From positions 368,758 through 388,757 of the forward strand of contig JBPGPT010000015.1 of the NCBI GenBank assembly GCA_051047955.1: a stretch of 20,000 nucleotides of DNA. Direction: 5' to 3'. The translations under genes and the position numbers were made by a program. Positions 1-10,826 of this stretch are shown piece after piece (the stretch's first letter is position 1; every line of letters starts with the position of its first letter). The notes below the pieces were generated by a model that was given only the letters and a program-made list of their open reading frames with translations, had not been told where the DNA came from and did no database searches. The stretch is from Cystobasidiomycetes sp. EMM_F5. Taxonomy: Eukaryota.

Positions 1-153
1 AGGCTACGTATGTTTGCCACATTTGGAGGATGTCATAAGTTGTGTCAGAATTGCGCTTGACTATTTTGAAGACTGCAAGGGCTTGAATTCACCGTGTATC
101 ATCGCTTCCAGAAGCCAGTAAAGATCCATCGGGCGACCAAGATAGAGCATTAA
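1..153 (+). other. Possible 3' end of a spliced gene entering from the left (intron 8-71, then a short terminal exon)
   Basis: GTATGT donor at 8, TTGAC branch-like site near 57-61 and AAG acceptor at 71. One frame then reads LQGLEFTVYHRFQKPVKIHRATKIEH* (TAA 151-153). Frame and identity cannot be fixed. Confidence 0.25.
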
Positions 154-534
154 TGCAACCGGTGCTGACGACCGTTACATCAGCTTACTGCCGATTGTCT
201 TATAACGAAGCGCAACTGACTGGCCATAGACTCCTGAAATACCATCACCTCTACCTTCTTCTCCCTCACCGCCGAGCACATTCACCACGTCAAACTTGCT
301 GGACCATCTATAACCTCGCCGCTGATCCGCACGCAAGGCAATTCTCGCACGCCGTCTGTTCAATCCAGTCTCGCTTGATGCTGTAGACAACATGTCCAAA
401 GACGCATGCAGTGACCTTGACGGCATCTCGCAGGCGGTCCATCAGAGGAAGTCGGCTTGAACAAGACCTATTGCCACTGATACGACAGACTACCTTGTTT
501 CAAGTGCTATAAAGTGCTACTGAAGGATTTGCTT

Positions 535-2053
535 TCATATCCGTGCCGAAGTACTTTGCGAAGACTTATCGTTCACCACTGTGCACACAATTTTGCCGGT
601 GTTAGAAGCTGACTCCATGATCTCCGTTGCTTTTATAATCTCCTCCCATGGCAGTACTTCGTGGATTACCAGCTCGTAATGCCCTTTAAGCAACTTCGGC
701 AACGCTTCTGTGCTGAATCTTTGCAATAGATTGCTTTGGTACTCTACAGTACGCGACCGCAAAGTCTATGATTGCAAGGCAGGTTCAGTTAGATCACTGA
801 CAGCGCTTTGACTGCTCTCGTAACCTACAGTTCCCTCAATGCGGAGCCTCTTGAATAATAGCATGCTGAGATCCACGGGGTTCTGCGTTTTCGGACCAGA
901 CAGCAGTCCAAGCATGACCATTCGGCCATCTCGAGCAGCGCCTGCAGCAATTAGATCAGCCGGACAGCGTTGATATCGTGTAGGCATTCACACACATCCA
1001 AGATTCTTCTCAAAGTAATCCCCACCGACAAAGTCTACGATTACGTCCACTCCAGCAGCCTGAGTCGATTTCTGGATCTGCGGAGCGCAAAATGTATGTT
1101 TCTTCAGGTCGAGACTTTAACAACTTATATCCGGCTGACGCACATATTCTTGGAAGTTCTCCTCTTTACTGTAATCCTTGTGTCTCAGTACAAGCTTTGG
1201 ACGCACATGCCTGCCAGACTTACTAGTTTATAGCATGATCTGCTCCCAGCTTTTTCAGAAAGTCACACTTGTCCTTCGTTCTGTCGAAAGGATTTACGTC
1301 AGGATAGCTTCTTACGCCATTGAACTTATTTACCCGGCCGTAGTAAACACCTCTTTTGCCCCAAAGCCTTTCGCAAGCTGGTTTGCAGCTATCCCGACTC
1401 CAGATGCGCCGGCATGAATAAGAACTCGAGCTCCCTCCTTCATTTCAGCAATCAGGAAAAGAGCTTGGAAGGCTGTCAACCAGGCTTCTGGAATGGCAGC
1501 TGCTTGTACGTGAGAGAGACTCGGTGGTTTGGCTGTAAGCATGCCGGAGTTGACGACGACTGATCAGAAACGTCAGCATCAAGCAATGTAACAAGAGATG
1601 TTAGGCAGCTACTGTATTCAGCGTATGCGCCCTGTTGTAACGGTGCCGAAACAAAGATACTGTAGATTCAGTTCTCCGTTCGTCATAACAGTACTCGCTC
1701 GCCTACTCCGTACGCCAGTCCAAACCTGTTCCAACATCATTAGCCTGAGACGTCTGCAATAACATTGGTACATCCGCATACACTTCATCGCCCTTCTTCC
1801 ACGACTCGGCTGCTTTCTTGCCGGCATCTTGGACGACTCCGCTAAATTCGACTCCAAGGATGGGAGTGACTCCAGGAGGAAGTGGATACATTCCTTTACG
1901 CTGCATGATATCCATCCGGTTCAGCCCAAAGGCATGCACTGCGACGAGGACTTGGTTGTCGTCATTGATTTTCGGCAACGCCGCTTCGCCAATGGATAGC
2001 GAAGACGCGGACGCCTTGTTGCTCCCGTCCACTACTACAGCTCTCATAGACAT
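535..2053 (-). CDS. NADPH:quinone oxidoreductase, PIG3/zeta-crystallin-like MDR family (9 exons)
   Basis: Spliced translation: MSMRAVVVDG...VAVHAFGLNRMDIMQRKGMYPLPPGVTPILGVEFSG...GDEVFGLAYGGAYAEYIVV...AAAIPEAWLTAFQAL...VLIHAGASGVGIAA...GVDVIVDFVGG...LLFKRLRIEGTTLRSR...SNTGKIVCTV. Eight GT-AG introns restore one continuous frame. Confidence 0.93.
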
Positions 2054-2379
2054 ATTGGGCGTAGTTGGGCTCGTCCGAACTAAACGGAAGCGACTACAAA
2101 GTCCGAAACGCACAGACGAGATGTGGCAAAGAAAGTCAATGACTTTAGATACGGAAGACCAGACGTAGGCCTCTGGTTGCGTGGACATGATTCCCCGACC
2201 GCGACGCAAAGCATTCATGAAAGACCAATTGGCTCTGCATTTGTTTTGTTTGCATTGATTCACTAAATTGATTCTTTCATCGCGTAACGCTGCCTAGAGC
2301 TCTCTTCAATCCACGTCTTTTTATGGGGTATGTTAGAGAAAGGAAGACTACGGCGATGCTGATTCCCAGCTGAAGGCGC

Positions 2380-3308
2380 CTAATTGTGGACTGCGGAGGG
2401 TGCCAGATGTCAGTTTGATGTATGTGAAGCTCGTTGGCAGGAAGTACAACTTACCCAAGATCTGGTACTGCTGAATTCCCATCTCTTCTTTGCCAGAAAA
2501 TCCAATATTGGCCCTACGAGTCAACATTTTCAGTAATAAAGCCGACTGCAAAACGGCGACTGTTGGTACCCATTCATGTGAGTGCCAACTTTTCCAATCG
2601 ATCTGAATCCATCGAAATCAGCTCGGGCGATAGCCAGTTGCTGGCCATCGTGGTCTTTGCCTGTCATGGACAAGGGGCGGAGCGCATATTAGGTAACGCA
2701 ACTCAAGTCAGGAAAATCTTATAATTACCTCCTTCTACAATGTTGAAGCCTTCGAAGGATGGGTAGCCTGCACGATCTTCCCAACGGACAGAGTTGGAAT
2801 CGCCAACGAGGATCTCACACTTGCCGAAATATTTCTCGGCTCCACCATAGGGAATTAAAGCACCTCGACCTATGCATGCATAACAATGTAGAGATAGAGG
2901 TTGAATTTTTTTCCTTTGTGACTGAATACTTGCGGGTACAGAACTCACCAGTCGTCCTGAAGTAGGTTGTTGGTCAGCCTTTGTCGCCCTGTAGGGTAAT
3001 GAGCTTGCTCACTCTCCAATCTTGCCTGTATGGGAACTGCCATCTTCGAGTGTGACGCGAGCAATGTAGAGGGCTTGCCCGTCCTTCTCGTTACCACCCC
3101 TGTTGTATGCGAAAAAATCAGTTCCGCATTTTTTTGGGCACAGACCGCGGCTCAGGTACGGACGCACTGGATTGCATCAGAGGGAATGTCCTGGCCGGAA
3201 ACCCATTCTTGCTGTTGTGCGGTGTCGTAATTGAGTTGGTGGGTATGTCAGCATAGAATTGCTACGCGACTGCGAAGAAGGGGTTGACCTCACGAAGTGT
3301 ACGCTCAT
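2380..3308 (-). CDS. DM9-repeat (DUF3421-like) protein, two tandem repeats, ~150 aa, 8 exons
   Basis: Spliced: MSVHFQEWVSGQDIPSDAIQGGNEKDGQALYIARVTLEDGSSHTGKIGETTGRGALIPYGGAEKYFGKCEILVGDSNSVRWEDRAGYPSFEGFNIVEGGKDHDGQQLAIARADFDGFRSIGKVGTHMNGANIGFSGKEEMGIQQYQILVHN*. The pattern W..P..GG.xxDG..LxIAR..GK..I..G.E..IL occurs twice. Includes an 8-nt exon at 2949-2956. Confidence 0.85.
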
Positions 3309-4402
3309 GATGAGATTGGTTTGGTGGTTGTGGATTGGTGTTTGCGAGATGTCCTGTTGTGTGTGGATGGAGCAGAGGTAAGAGGCTGGCGGCAGCAACT
3401 TGGGTTTTATGAAGTTGCGGCGTCGGACGACCCTCGTCACGTTTGCGTGCTGGCCAAGAAGTTTATTCGGTGGGCCAGTTTTGTGACGACAGAGCCGTTC
3501 CGTTACCGCGGCGCTAGCGTACCCTCACAACCAATAGCGCGTCTTCACGTCGCATACACCATCTCATACACACTACTCTTGCACAGTCTACTAACATTCG
3601 CTGTGCAAGCTGCTTCTGATGCGCTTTCCGTCTCGCGAGTCTGTTCGTCGCGGTGCCCAGGAACGAACAACTTGAATGGTCGCGTCTCCACCTTGTAGCT
3701 ATGCAACTCGCTCTCACTGCATGCTCATTACGTCTTTTCAACCGTACTGACATAATCGCGTTGATACACTGACTGCACATGCCGAGGATGACTTGCTGAC
3801 AGCACCGCACCGAATCTGAAAGGAAGGAACGAGTGCCCCCAGGCCTGCACCCATTCTCTGCGGAGGTCAACGGGAAAGCCGCAGTGGTCGTATCCAGTGA
3901 TACTACAAGAAGCGTGAGGCACGAGCTTTGGAACCGTCTCAAACAATCATGCTCTAGATCTTCTGGCCATGCATGATGACCGGAGGGGCTCGCTAAGCGG
4001 TACTACTGGAGACAACAATAGCCCCATGCAGGTGACGAGACATCATACTGTAGCAGGCGGAAAGCAGCGCTCAATCCTCATTCTACTCGCACAAGTCACT
4101 GCAATGCACTGAAGCGTAAGTCGTTAATGGATATACTTGGGAAGGGAGCCCACCTCGAAGAAGGAGATTTTGTAGGCATACGAGCAACCTGACAAGTCCG
4201 CTCTCACTTCTAGCTAGCCAGTACAACGCGTGTGCATAGTCAACAATGTCGATGTGGCGTTGTCTGCTCCGTGCCTGCCAACTCGCCAGGACGCCCTTGT
4301 CTTGCACAAATCTTGCCATTCAGTCTCGCCCAGCCAGCTGGCAGCATTTCAGCGTGGTTCATATACTGCTTTTGAAGCTGGAGTTGCTGCTGCATCTTCA
4401 CC

Positions 4403-6460
4403 ATGGCGCACGCGACCAAGCAGGAGATTGATAGCCTATTTCGGATTTTGAAGACTGTCAAGGGCAACAAGGTGCGCTGGCAGACATTCGAGCAGTCATT
4501 CGCAAGCAGTGGATATGAGCTGATCTCTCCGCCTTCTATCTACGCGGCTGTTGTTTCGTTCAATGGATAAACGCGGTGGTTTTTCCATGCCAGGCCTGCG
4601 CGGACTGCTCAGCCAAGGTAAGAAAGGCAAACGTAGCTTCCTAAATCTGGCACGGAGCTCATCGTGAATGCGTATGCGCTCTTCTGTGCTCCCGACCTAC
4701 TTTCCCTCTCACAGAACCCAACGTGGTCTTCAGTGACTTATGGCGTCTACCTCTGCTTGGACTGTAGTTCGGTGCACAGGAACATGGGAGTTCACGTTAC
4801 GTTCGTCCGGTAGGTACATACTACGCCGGATCCCCTTTCAACCCACTAAAATGCTCCATGCGCCGATAGATCAACCAACCTAGATTCCTGGACATGGGAC
4901 CAACTCCGGATAATGAAAGTCGGAGGCAACTCTGCCTTTGCAGACTATATTTCAAAGAATGGGAGAGGAATGGTTACCACGAGCACGCCTGCAAAGGAGA
5001 AGTACACGAGCAAGCCGGCCGAAGCATACAGGGATGAGCTGAAACGCAAAGCGAAGGAGGATGAGATCCGATACGGTGCTGGCCAAGTGACGCCCGAGGG
5101 TATCGCAGGAGTAGCACTCACTGAAAACCTACTGTCGCCGGGTGGGACTGCTTCTAACGGTCGCGCTTCGCCCATGTCCGCAGCCGGCAGCAATTCGGCT
5201 GATGATGGTGACTTCTTCGATACCTGGGACAAACCAACCAACATCATTGCACCATCACCCCGTCCGGCTTCTGCTGCCGCCAATGCGCCTCCTTTTGCTC
5301 GTGTAGGCTTCGGAGCGAGTCCAGCAGTCACGCCTAATGGCTCGAGATCCGCTTCTCCCGCCGTATCAAATCTCAACCCTTCGTCTTCCGCTTCTGTTGT
5401 GCCAACGCCGTCAGCATCCGCAATGACGTCGCCAACATCTGCCACCACATCTGCACCTGCTCCTCAACCTTCCCGAGCCATCTCATCCTCCTCCATCCGC
5501 ACAACATCGAGCGCTGTAGGTGCCGGAGCGACTTCTGGGCGTACTGCTGGAAGTGCTATGAAACTCGGAGGGGGCAAGAGCAAGTTGGGCGGAGTAAAGA
5601 AGGGAGCCCAAGCCATCAATTTCGAGGAAGCTGAGCGAAAAGCGAAAGAGGAGGAGGAGCGTATCAAGAGGTTAGGTTATGACAGAGAGCAGGAAGAGAA
5701 GCAGGCTGCTGCTGCCAGAGCTTCTGCCGCTGCAGCAGGAAATACTGCCAATTCGAGCAGGACAGGTACACCATCCGGTCGTGGCGGAGAGATGATTGGT
5801 CATAAATCAAACGCCGTCTCTGATGTCGATCGAATGGGCATGGGTTTTGGACGTCTCGGGTTTGGTCAGACATCTGGCCTCAGCGGAGAAGACGCAGCAA
5901 AAGCAGCCCAAGCGGCGAAACGTGCTGCACAGCGTGCAGCCAGCGGATACGTCGAGCCAGAAGAGTCTACAGTCGCACGCGAGAAGTTTGGCACGCAGAA
6001 GGGTATCTCATCTGACCAGTTCTTTGGAAGAAACAATTACGATCCGACGGCCAAAGCCGAGGCGCAAGCGAGGTTGGCTCAATTTTCCGGAGCAACTGCC
6101 ATCTCCTCGAATGCATACTTTGGCAGACCAGAGGAGGAGGAAGGACAGTATGGAAACGGTCGTGGCAATGATGAGGGTCTATTGGGTGTAGAAAGCTTGT
6201 CGGATTTGGAGCGAACCGCAAAGGACGCTGCAAGACGCCTGATGCAACAGGCAGGTATTGAAGGTGAATATACCTGCTCGTACCAGTATTGGAAGTGCCT
6301 GCTAACATACTCTGCCATTCTCAGACATGTCGGACGTCCAAAACGCCCTTCGACAAGGGGCTATGAGCGTGAGTAGATAATGCTCTGCATATGCAAGGTT
6401 TCACTGACATCTTGGCAGCTCTCAAACTTCCTCAGTGATGCCGCTCAGCGGTACGGTTAG
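4403..6460 (+). CDS. GLO3: ADP-ribosylation factor GTPase-activating protein, Glo3/ArfGAP2/3 type (6 exons)
   Basis: Spliced N-terminus [83 protein letters not shown] gives a C4 zinc finger and the catalytic Arg. C-terminal Glo3 motifs [15 protein letters not shown] and [14 protein letters not shown]. Two further introns lead to TAG at 6458-6460. Confidence 0.95.
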
Positions 6461-6739
6461 TGGGATTGTCCTGATCTGGCAACCGCTGCTTTGATCTTGT
6501 ATACGCCGCAAGTTCCGTTGTATTCATTGTTCGCGTAGAAGTCAAATCTGGTGTACGATAACATATCATGCATATCTCGTGTTCTGCCGGCGGTCTTGCG
6601 GTTATCGCCGTCGTAGACAAGCGCACGCATGACGACAGTATCACGCCACCATCTTTGGCGCAGTCTTGTTACGAACAACGCTCTACTCGTCTTCTTAACA
6701 ATACACCGACTCGAAGCTCATATGCCAATGTCCCATTGA

Positions 6740-7531
6740 ATGGCTGCTCAAAATCACGATGCATCTCACACTTCAACCAACCCTGACAGCACCGTGCCGT
6801 CACACCTCTGTGCCCTCCCAGCGGAAGTACTGTTGCGTATCTTGTCACTTCTCGATGTCCGGGACTTGCTCGCAGTCTCCCGTACAAGCAAAGTCCTCCG
6901 GACGCTAGCTACAGACCCACTGCTCCATCGCTACCGGCTTCGAGTGGCGACCCTGTCGCTGTCGCACGCACTAACTATGCGTCCTGACCGGGTGGAACTG
7001 CTGTCGCGTCGGCGTCCGCTAATCTCCCTTACCTCGGCTGCTCTGGCTCCGTCCGCGTACATTTACTCTCCCATCGCAGTGCAACAGGTCCAAGCCTACT
7101 TGTCGGTCCGCCGCCTTATGGCAGCTCACCGGCTGAAACGAGGGATAGACCAGAGGCCTACGTCAGCAAAGTCCCTGAGCGATGTTGGATTGCTAGATAG
7201 CGAGCTCGGTGCCGGACGACGGGATGCACGAGCGGTCTCGTTCCTCCTCGTTCCAGCAATGCGCGCGTTAAAGCGAGCGCAGAAAGCAGACGCTCTGCGT
7301 CAAAGTATGCGTCGCTTGGGCACTTCGACAACAAGCTTCAAGACTGCGGCTGATGTATTAGGTGTATCGAGGGGCGTTTGGCGAGACAATGATCAAAGGG
7401 TGATCTTGGCGACCGTGAGCGTATTCAGCGGACAACGTATGCAATAACACGCTGATCGTTATGATTGACATACACAGTGCCCGTCTGTCAGAGCGCACAT
7501 CCGCTACTTCGAATCGCTCTCGATTGGCTGA
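6740..7531 (+). CDS. F-box protein with RPEL-like motifs (2 exons)
   Basis: F-box: LCALPAEVLLRILSLLDVRDLLAVSRTSKVLRTLATDPLL. RPDRVEL motif at 6980-7000. Intron from GTGAGC at 7415 to ACAG at 7477 gives the terminus ...VILATCPSVRAHIRYFESLSIG*. Confidence 0.85.
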
Positions 7532-7775
7532 TCAAATGTGCTACCTCTGCCATCTGGATCTGCGGACCCCGTAAATGACAGCATCCGTGCATGCATCCCT
7601 GTCTGGACGCAACAGCCCCAATTGGGTTACTGGCTGGTGTCCCCTTGGCACCATAAGCTCCGGGCGACGTACTACTCGATACACACGTCCCTCGTACGGT
7701 CTAGTACTGTTCTGTGTATCCGTCGCCCGGTCTATTCTTGTTCTGGGTATCTTGAACGGTGTATCAAAAGACAGT

Positions 7776-8931
7776 TCAATCCTCGTTGGTCGGATTCCAG
7801 GAAACTGATCCGCCATTGCCCTCGTCCAATGCGTCCAGCTTATCCATCATTTCTACCGGAATCTCAAAATCGAATACATCCGCATTACTTTCTGTGGATG
7901 ACGGCGGACGTCAACCTTCTATTGAGGCTGTGTAGAGCAAAAGCTGACGTACTGATGCGAGCCGCAGAGTCGGATTTTGGTAATGGCACAAAGCCCTTTT
8001 GCAGACTCCAACGAATCAGCACCTGACCTGGGTACTTATTGAGTGCTGCCGATATGTATTGCTGAACCACGCAGACCTACTTAGCTTGCCGGACGTTGCT
8101 GATATGGATTCAACTTACTAGCGTCGGATCTTTCATTTTCTTACCCCGAACAAGGGGGCAGAATGCTTGAACTTGTATCCCATGCTTCTGACAGTATTCA
8201 ACTATCGCCTTCTGCTGACACCACGGATGCAATTCAACCTGATCCACAGCTTGATGCATCGCGATGGAATGCATGACGCGTCAATGATGAAAGCAACTTT
8301 TCGAACAGTCAAGAACCTACCCGGGGACGGTAATTTCTCAGCTCTCAGCTCTTCTAGGTGTTTCACTCCGAAATTGGAGACGCCAATCTCCCTGATTTGC
8401 CCCGCTTTTTGCGCTTCAAACAGCACGGCGTAAGCCTCAATGCGCTTCTTCTTGCCGGCCTTCGGATCGTGCAGCAATACTAAATCCCAATAGTCCAAGG
8501 AGGTCTTACTCAGAGAATCGTGTAGGGCCTCCTTGGCCGCGTGTGTGCCATGTTCGTCCGATTTTATCTTCGTGGTTAGGAAGACTTGGTTACGATCTAG
8601 TCCACTGCGCATTCATGTCCATCGATATATCCGTCGGCTCCGACTCATGCAGAACTGGACTTTTGTAATATTACTTACGATTTACGCTGGGCTTCTGCAA
8701 CTTCAGACTCGTTATCGTAAAAGCGAGCCTGGTAACGCTCAGGTTCCATGTTTCGTTGAGAGTGGATTATTTGCTAGGGTCTTAGCTTACCGTATCAATA
8801 TGTCTATACCCGCATCTCAGGGCTTCAAGCGTTGACGTAATGCCATCCTTGAGCAAGGCTGCCCCAAACCCAATAATCGGCATTTCCGAACCAGAAGGCA
8901 GCTTCACTGTCGACCTCATACATAGTGACAT
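7776..8931 (-). CDS. Aldo-keto reductase, tandem copy A (6 exons, intact)
   Basis: MSLCMRSTVKLPSGSEMPIIGFG...GYRHIDT|ARFYDNE...VFLTTK...DLVLLHDP...IGVSNF...AVDQVELHPW...QVLIRWSLQKGFVPLPKS...NADVFDFEI...WNPTNED*. Catalytic tetrad D/Y/K/H is present and there are no in-frame stops after splicing. Confidence 0.92.
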
Positions 8932-9193
8932 TTTGCACGGTAGTCAAGCCTTGATTGCGACGATAGCGTGCAAGCTGATGTATTCGCTTCGGCTTATCGC
9001 CGACTAGGAACTCCGGGCGGGACTACGAACGGCACTACACTACGTATGTCGGTAGCTGCAGACCCCTTTGATACTACGTAATAGCAGATGATTCAACACA
9101 CTAAATATCCCAGAGGATAGCTCCAATTACGTTTTGATAATTCCATCCATCGGAGCGCAGTTGGCATCTGAGTTAAGGTGTTTCATTCATTAA

Positions 9194-10280
9194 CTAAGGA
9201 GCATTGATGGGGTTCCAGGAAATTGCGCCTGCGGCGTCTTGATCCAAGGCATCGAGCTTGTCCATCAAGTCTGTCGGGATTTCGAAATCGAATACATCGG
9301 CATTGCTCTCTGGACACACATTTGTACGAAGTTTTAGTTGAGGACCGGAAGCTCCTGTGCTGGATATACTGACTTATGCGAGACTCGGTATCAGACTTTG
9401 GCAAGGGTACGAAGCCCCGCTGCAGACTCCAGCGTACGAGGATTTGACCGGGATCCTTTTTAAGCGTTTCAGACACTTTTTGCTGAAGCAATGTCTGGTT
9501 AGATCGTGCATCATGGCTAGCAGATGAGGCCCGCAATCAACTCACTAAAGTCGGATCCTTCATCTTTGCTCCTCGCACAAGCGGACAATACGCTTGGACA
9601 GTGATACCGTTCTTCTTACAGTAATTGACAATCTCGCTCTGCTGACACCAAGGATGTATCTCGACCTGGTTGATGGCTGGTGTAGGCAGGTTTGCGGCTC
9701 TGAGCTCTTCCATGTGTCTGACACCGAAATTGGATACTCCGATGTCTTTGACTTTTCCTGCTTTCTGTGCCTCGACCAACGCGGCGAATGCTTCGATGCG
9801 CTTCTGCTTCCCTGCGTTTGGGTCATGGAGTAGAACCAGATCCCAGAAGTCGAGAGATGCCTTGGATAGCGAATCTTGTAGAGCATCCTTTGTGGCTTTA
9901 GTACCGTGCTCTGATGACATTATTTTCGTGGTCAAAAAGACTTCGCTGCGCTTCAGGCCGCTGCGCATTGCCGAGATCACGTCCAAGATTAGCGTATTAA
10001 GCGAGACGCAGTGAGATACGAGTAGACTAACGATTTCCTCTGAGCTTCGGCAACATCAGCTTCATTGTGATAGTATCGAGCCTAATCACGAAAGTCAGGA
10101 AGACCATGGCGAATTGTCCATTTACGTCCCACAACCTACCGTGTCTATATGTCGGTAGCCATATTCCAGAGCTTTGAGCGATGATGCGAGACCGTCTTTC
10201 AATTCGAAAGCTCCAAAGCCGAGACGTGGTATCGCTGCGCCTGAGGACAGCTTGATCGTGGATGCGATAGTCAGTGACAT
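9194..10280 (-). CDS. Aldo-keto reductase, tandem copy B (5 exons, intact)
   Basis: MSLTIASTIKLSSGAAIPRLGFG...GYRHIDT|ARYYHNE...VFLTTK...LLHDP...IGVSNF...PAINQVEIHPW...QILVRWSLQRGFVPLPKS...WNPINAP*. Catalytic tetrad intact. Confidence 0.95.
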
Positions 10281-10826
10281 GTTTGTTCCGATCAGTTGTG
10301 CGAAAGCAAAGAGCAGATGAGCGTGGAGAACTCGCCGCTCTGCTTGAATACGGTTCACGGTCAGCGAATTGCCGATTCGACAGTCAGCAATCAGATCCGG
10401 ATCCGCTCATAGTAATGACGAGTACATCGACACAGAAGTGCAGCAGGGCGCGCGGTTGTCTGATGATGTGAGCACTCTTCCAGCATGGCGCAAGTCTACA
10501 TCAGCCCCATGCAACGACAACTGACATTTTGTATCAATGTCGTGCGTCACCTAGGCCTACGCGGCGGCTTCTGTCGGACTTTAGACGCGTGGTCGCGATC
10601 AACCCTTCGGCCAAAGTCTGCGAGTCAGGCGGCATCTACGCAAAGCTTTCACCCTTCGCACAGGCGAGGCTTGACCACTGTCCATTCACTAACCACTCTC
10701 TCTCGCTGCTCTACATATAATTGACTTGAAGCAAATTTACGCAAGGCAATTTCCGCACATCTCCTTATCAGCAAGCACATTTTTCCGACCTCGCTAGATC
10801 CGCCACAGTCAGAGCTACCACACAAC

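Noticed and set aside
153..426. Overlapping 77-aa (+) and 83-aa (-) ORFs
   Set aside because: No recognisable motifs; probably 3' UTR or intergenic sequence between convergent genes.
2054..2263. 70-aa N-terminal extension of the quinone oxidoreductase shown in the ORF track
   Set aside because: Family similarity begins at MSMRAV (ATG 2053). The extension depends on a non-ATG start and would leave almost no promoter space after the DM9 gene.
3973..4112. Possible C/D box snoRNA (ATGATGA at 3973, CTGA at 4109)
   Set aside because: No convincing terminal stem or recognisable rRNA-complementary guide; such short motifs occur by chance.
4945..5448. 167-aa antisense ORF in GLO3, and similar antisense ORFs at 12231-12776, 14566-15225 and 15494-15970
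   Set aside because: These are shadow ORFs opposite real coding exons, with no recognisable motifs.
7776..8931. AKR copy A as a pseudogene (its ORF appears to derail after LPSPG)
   Set aside because: An additional 71-nt GT-AG intron restores the frame exactly, and all catalytic residues and the C-terminus are intact.
8985..9085. Short ACTACG repeats and a small TCGGC/GCCGA inverted repeat between the AKR genes
   Set aside because: Too short and irregular to distinguish from chance, and not a CRISPR-like or transposon-end structure.
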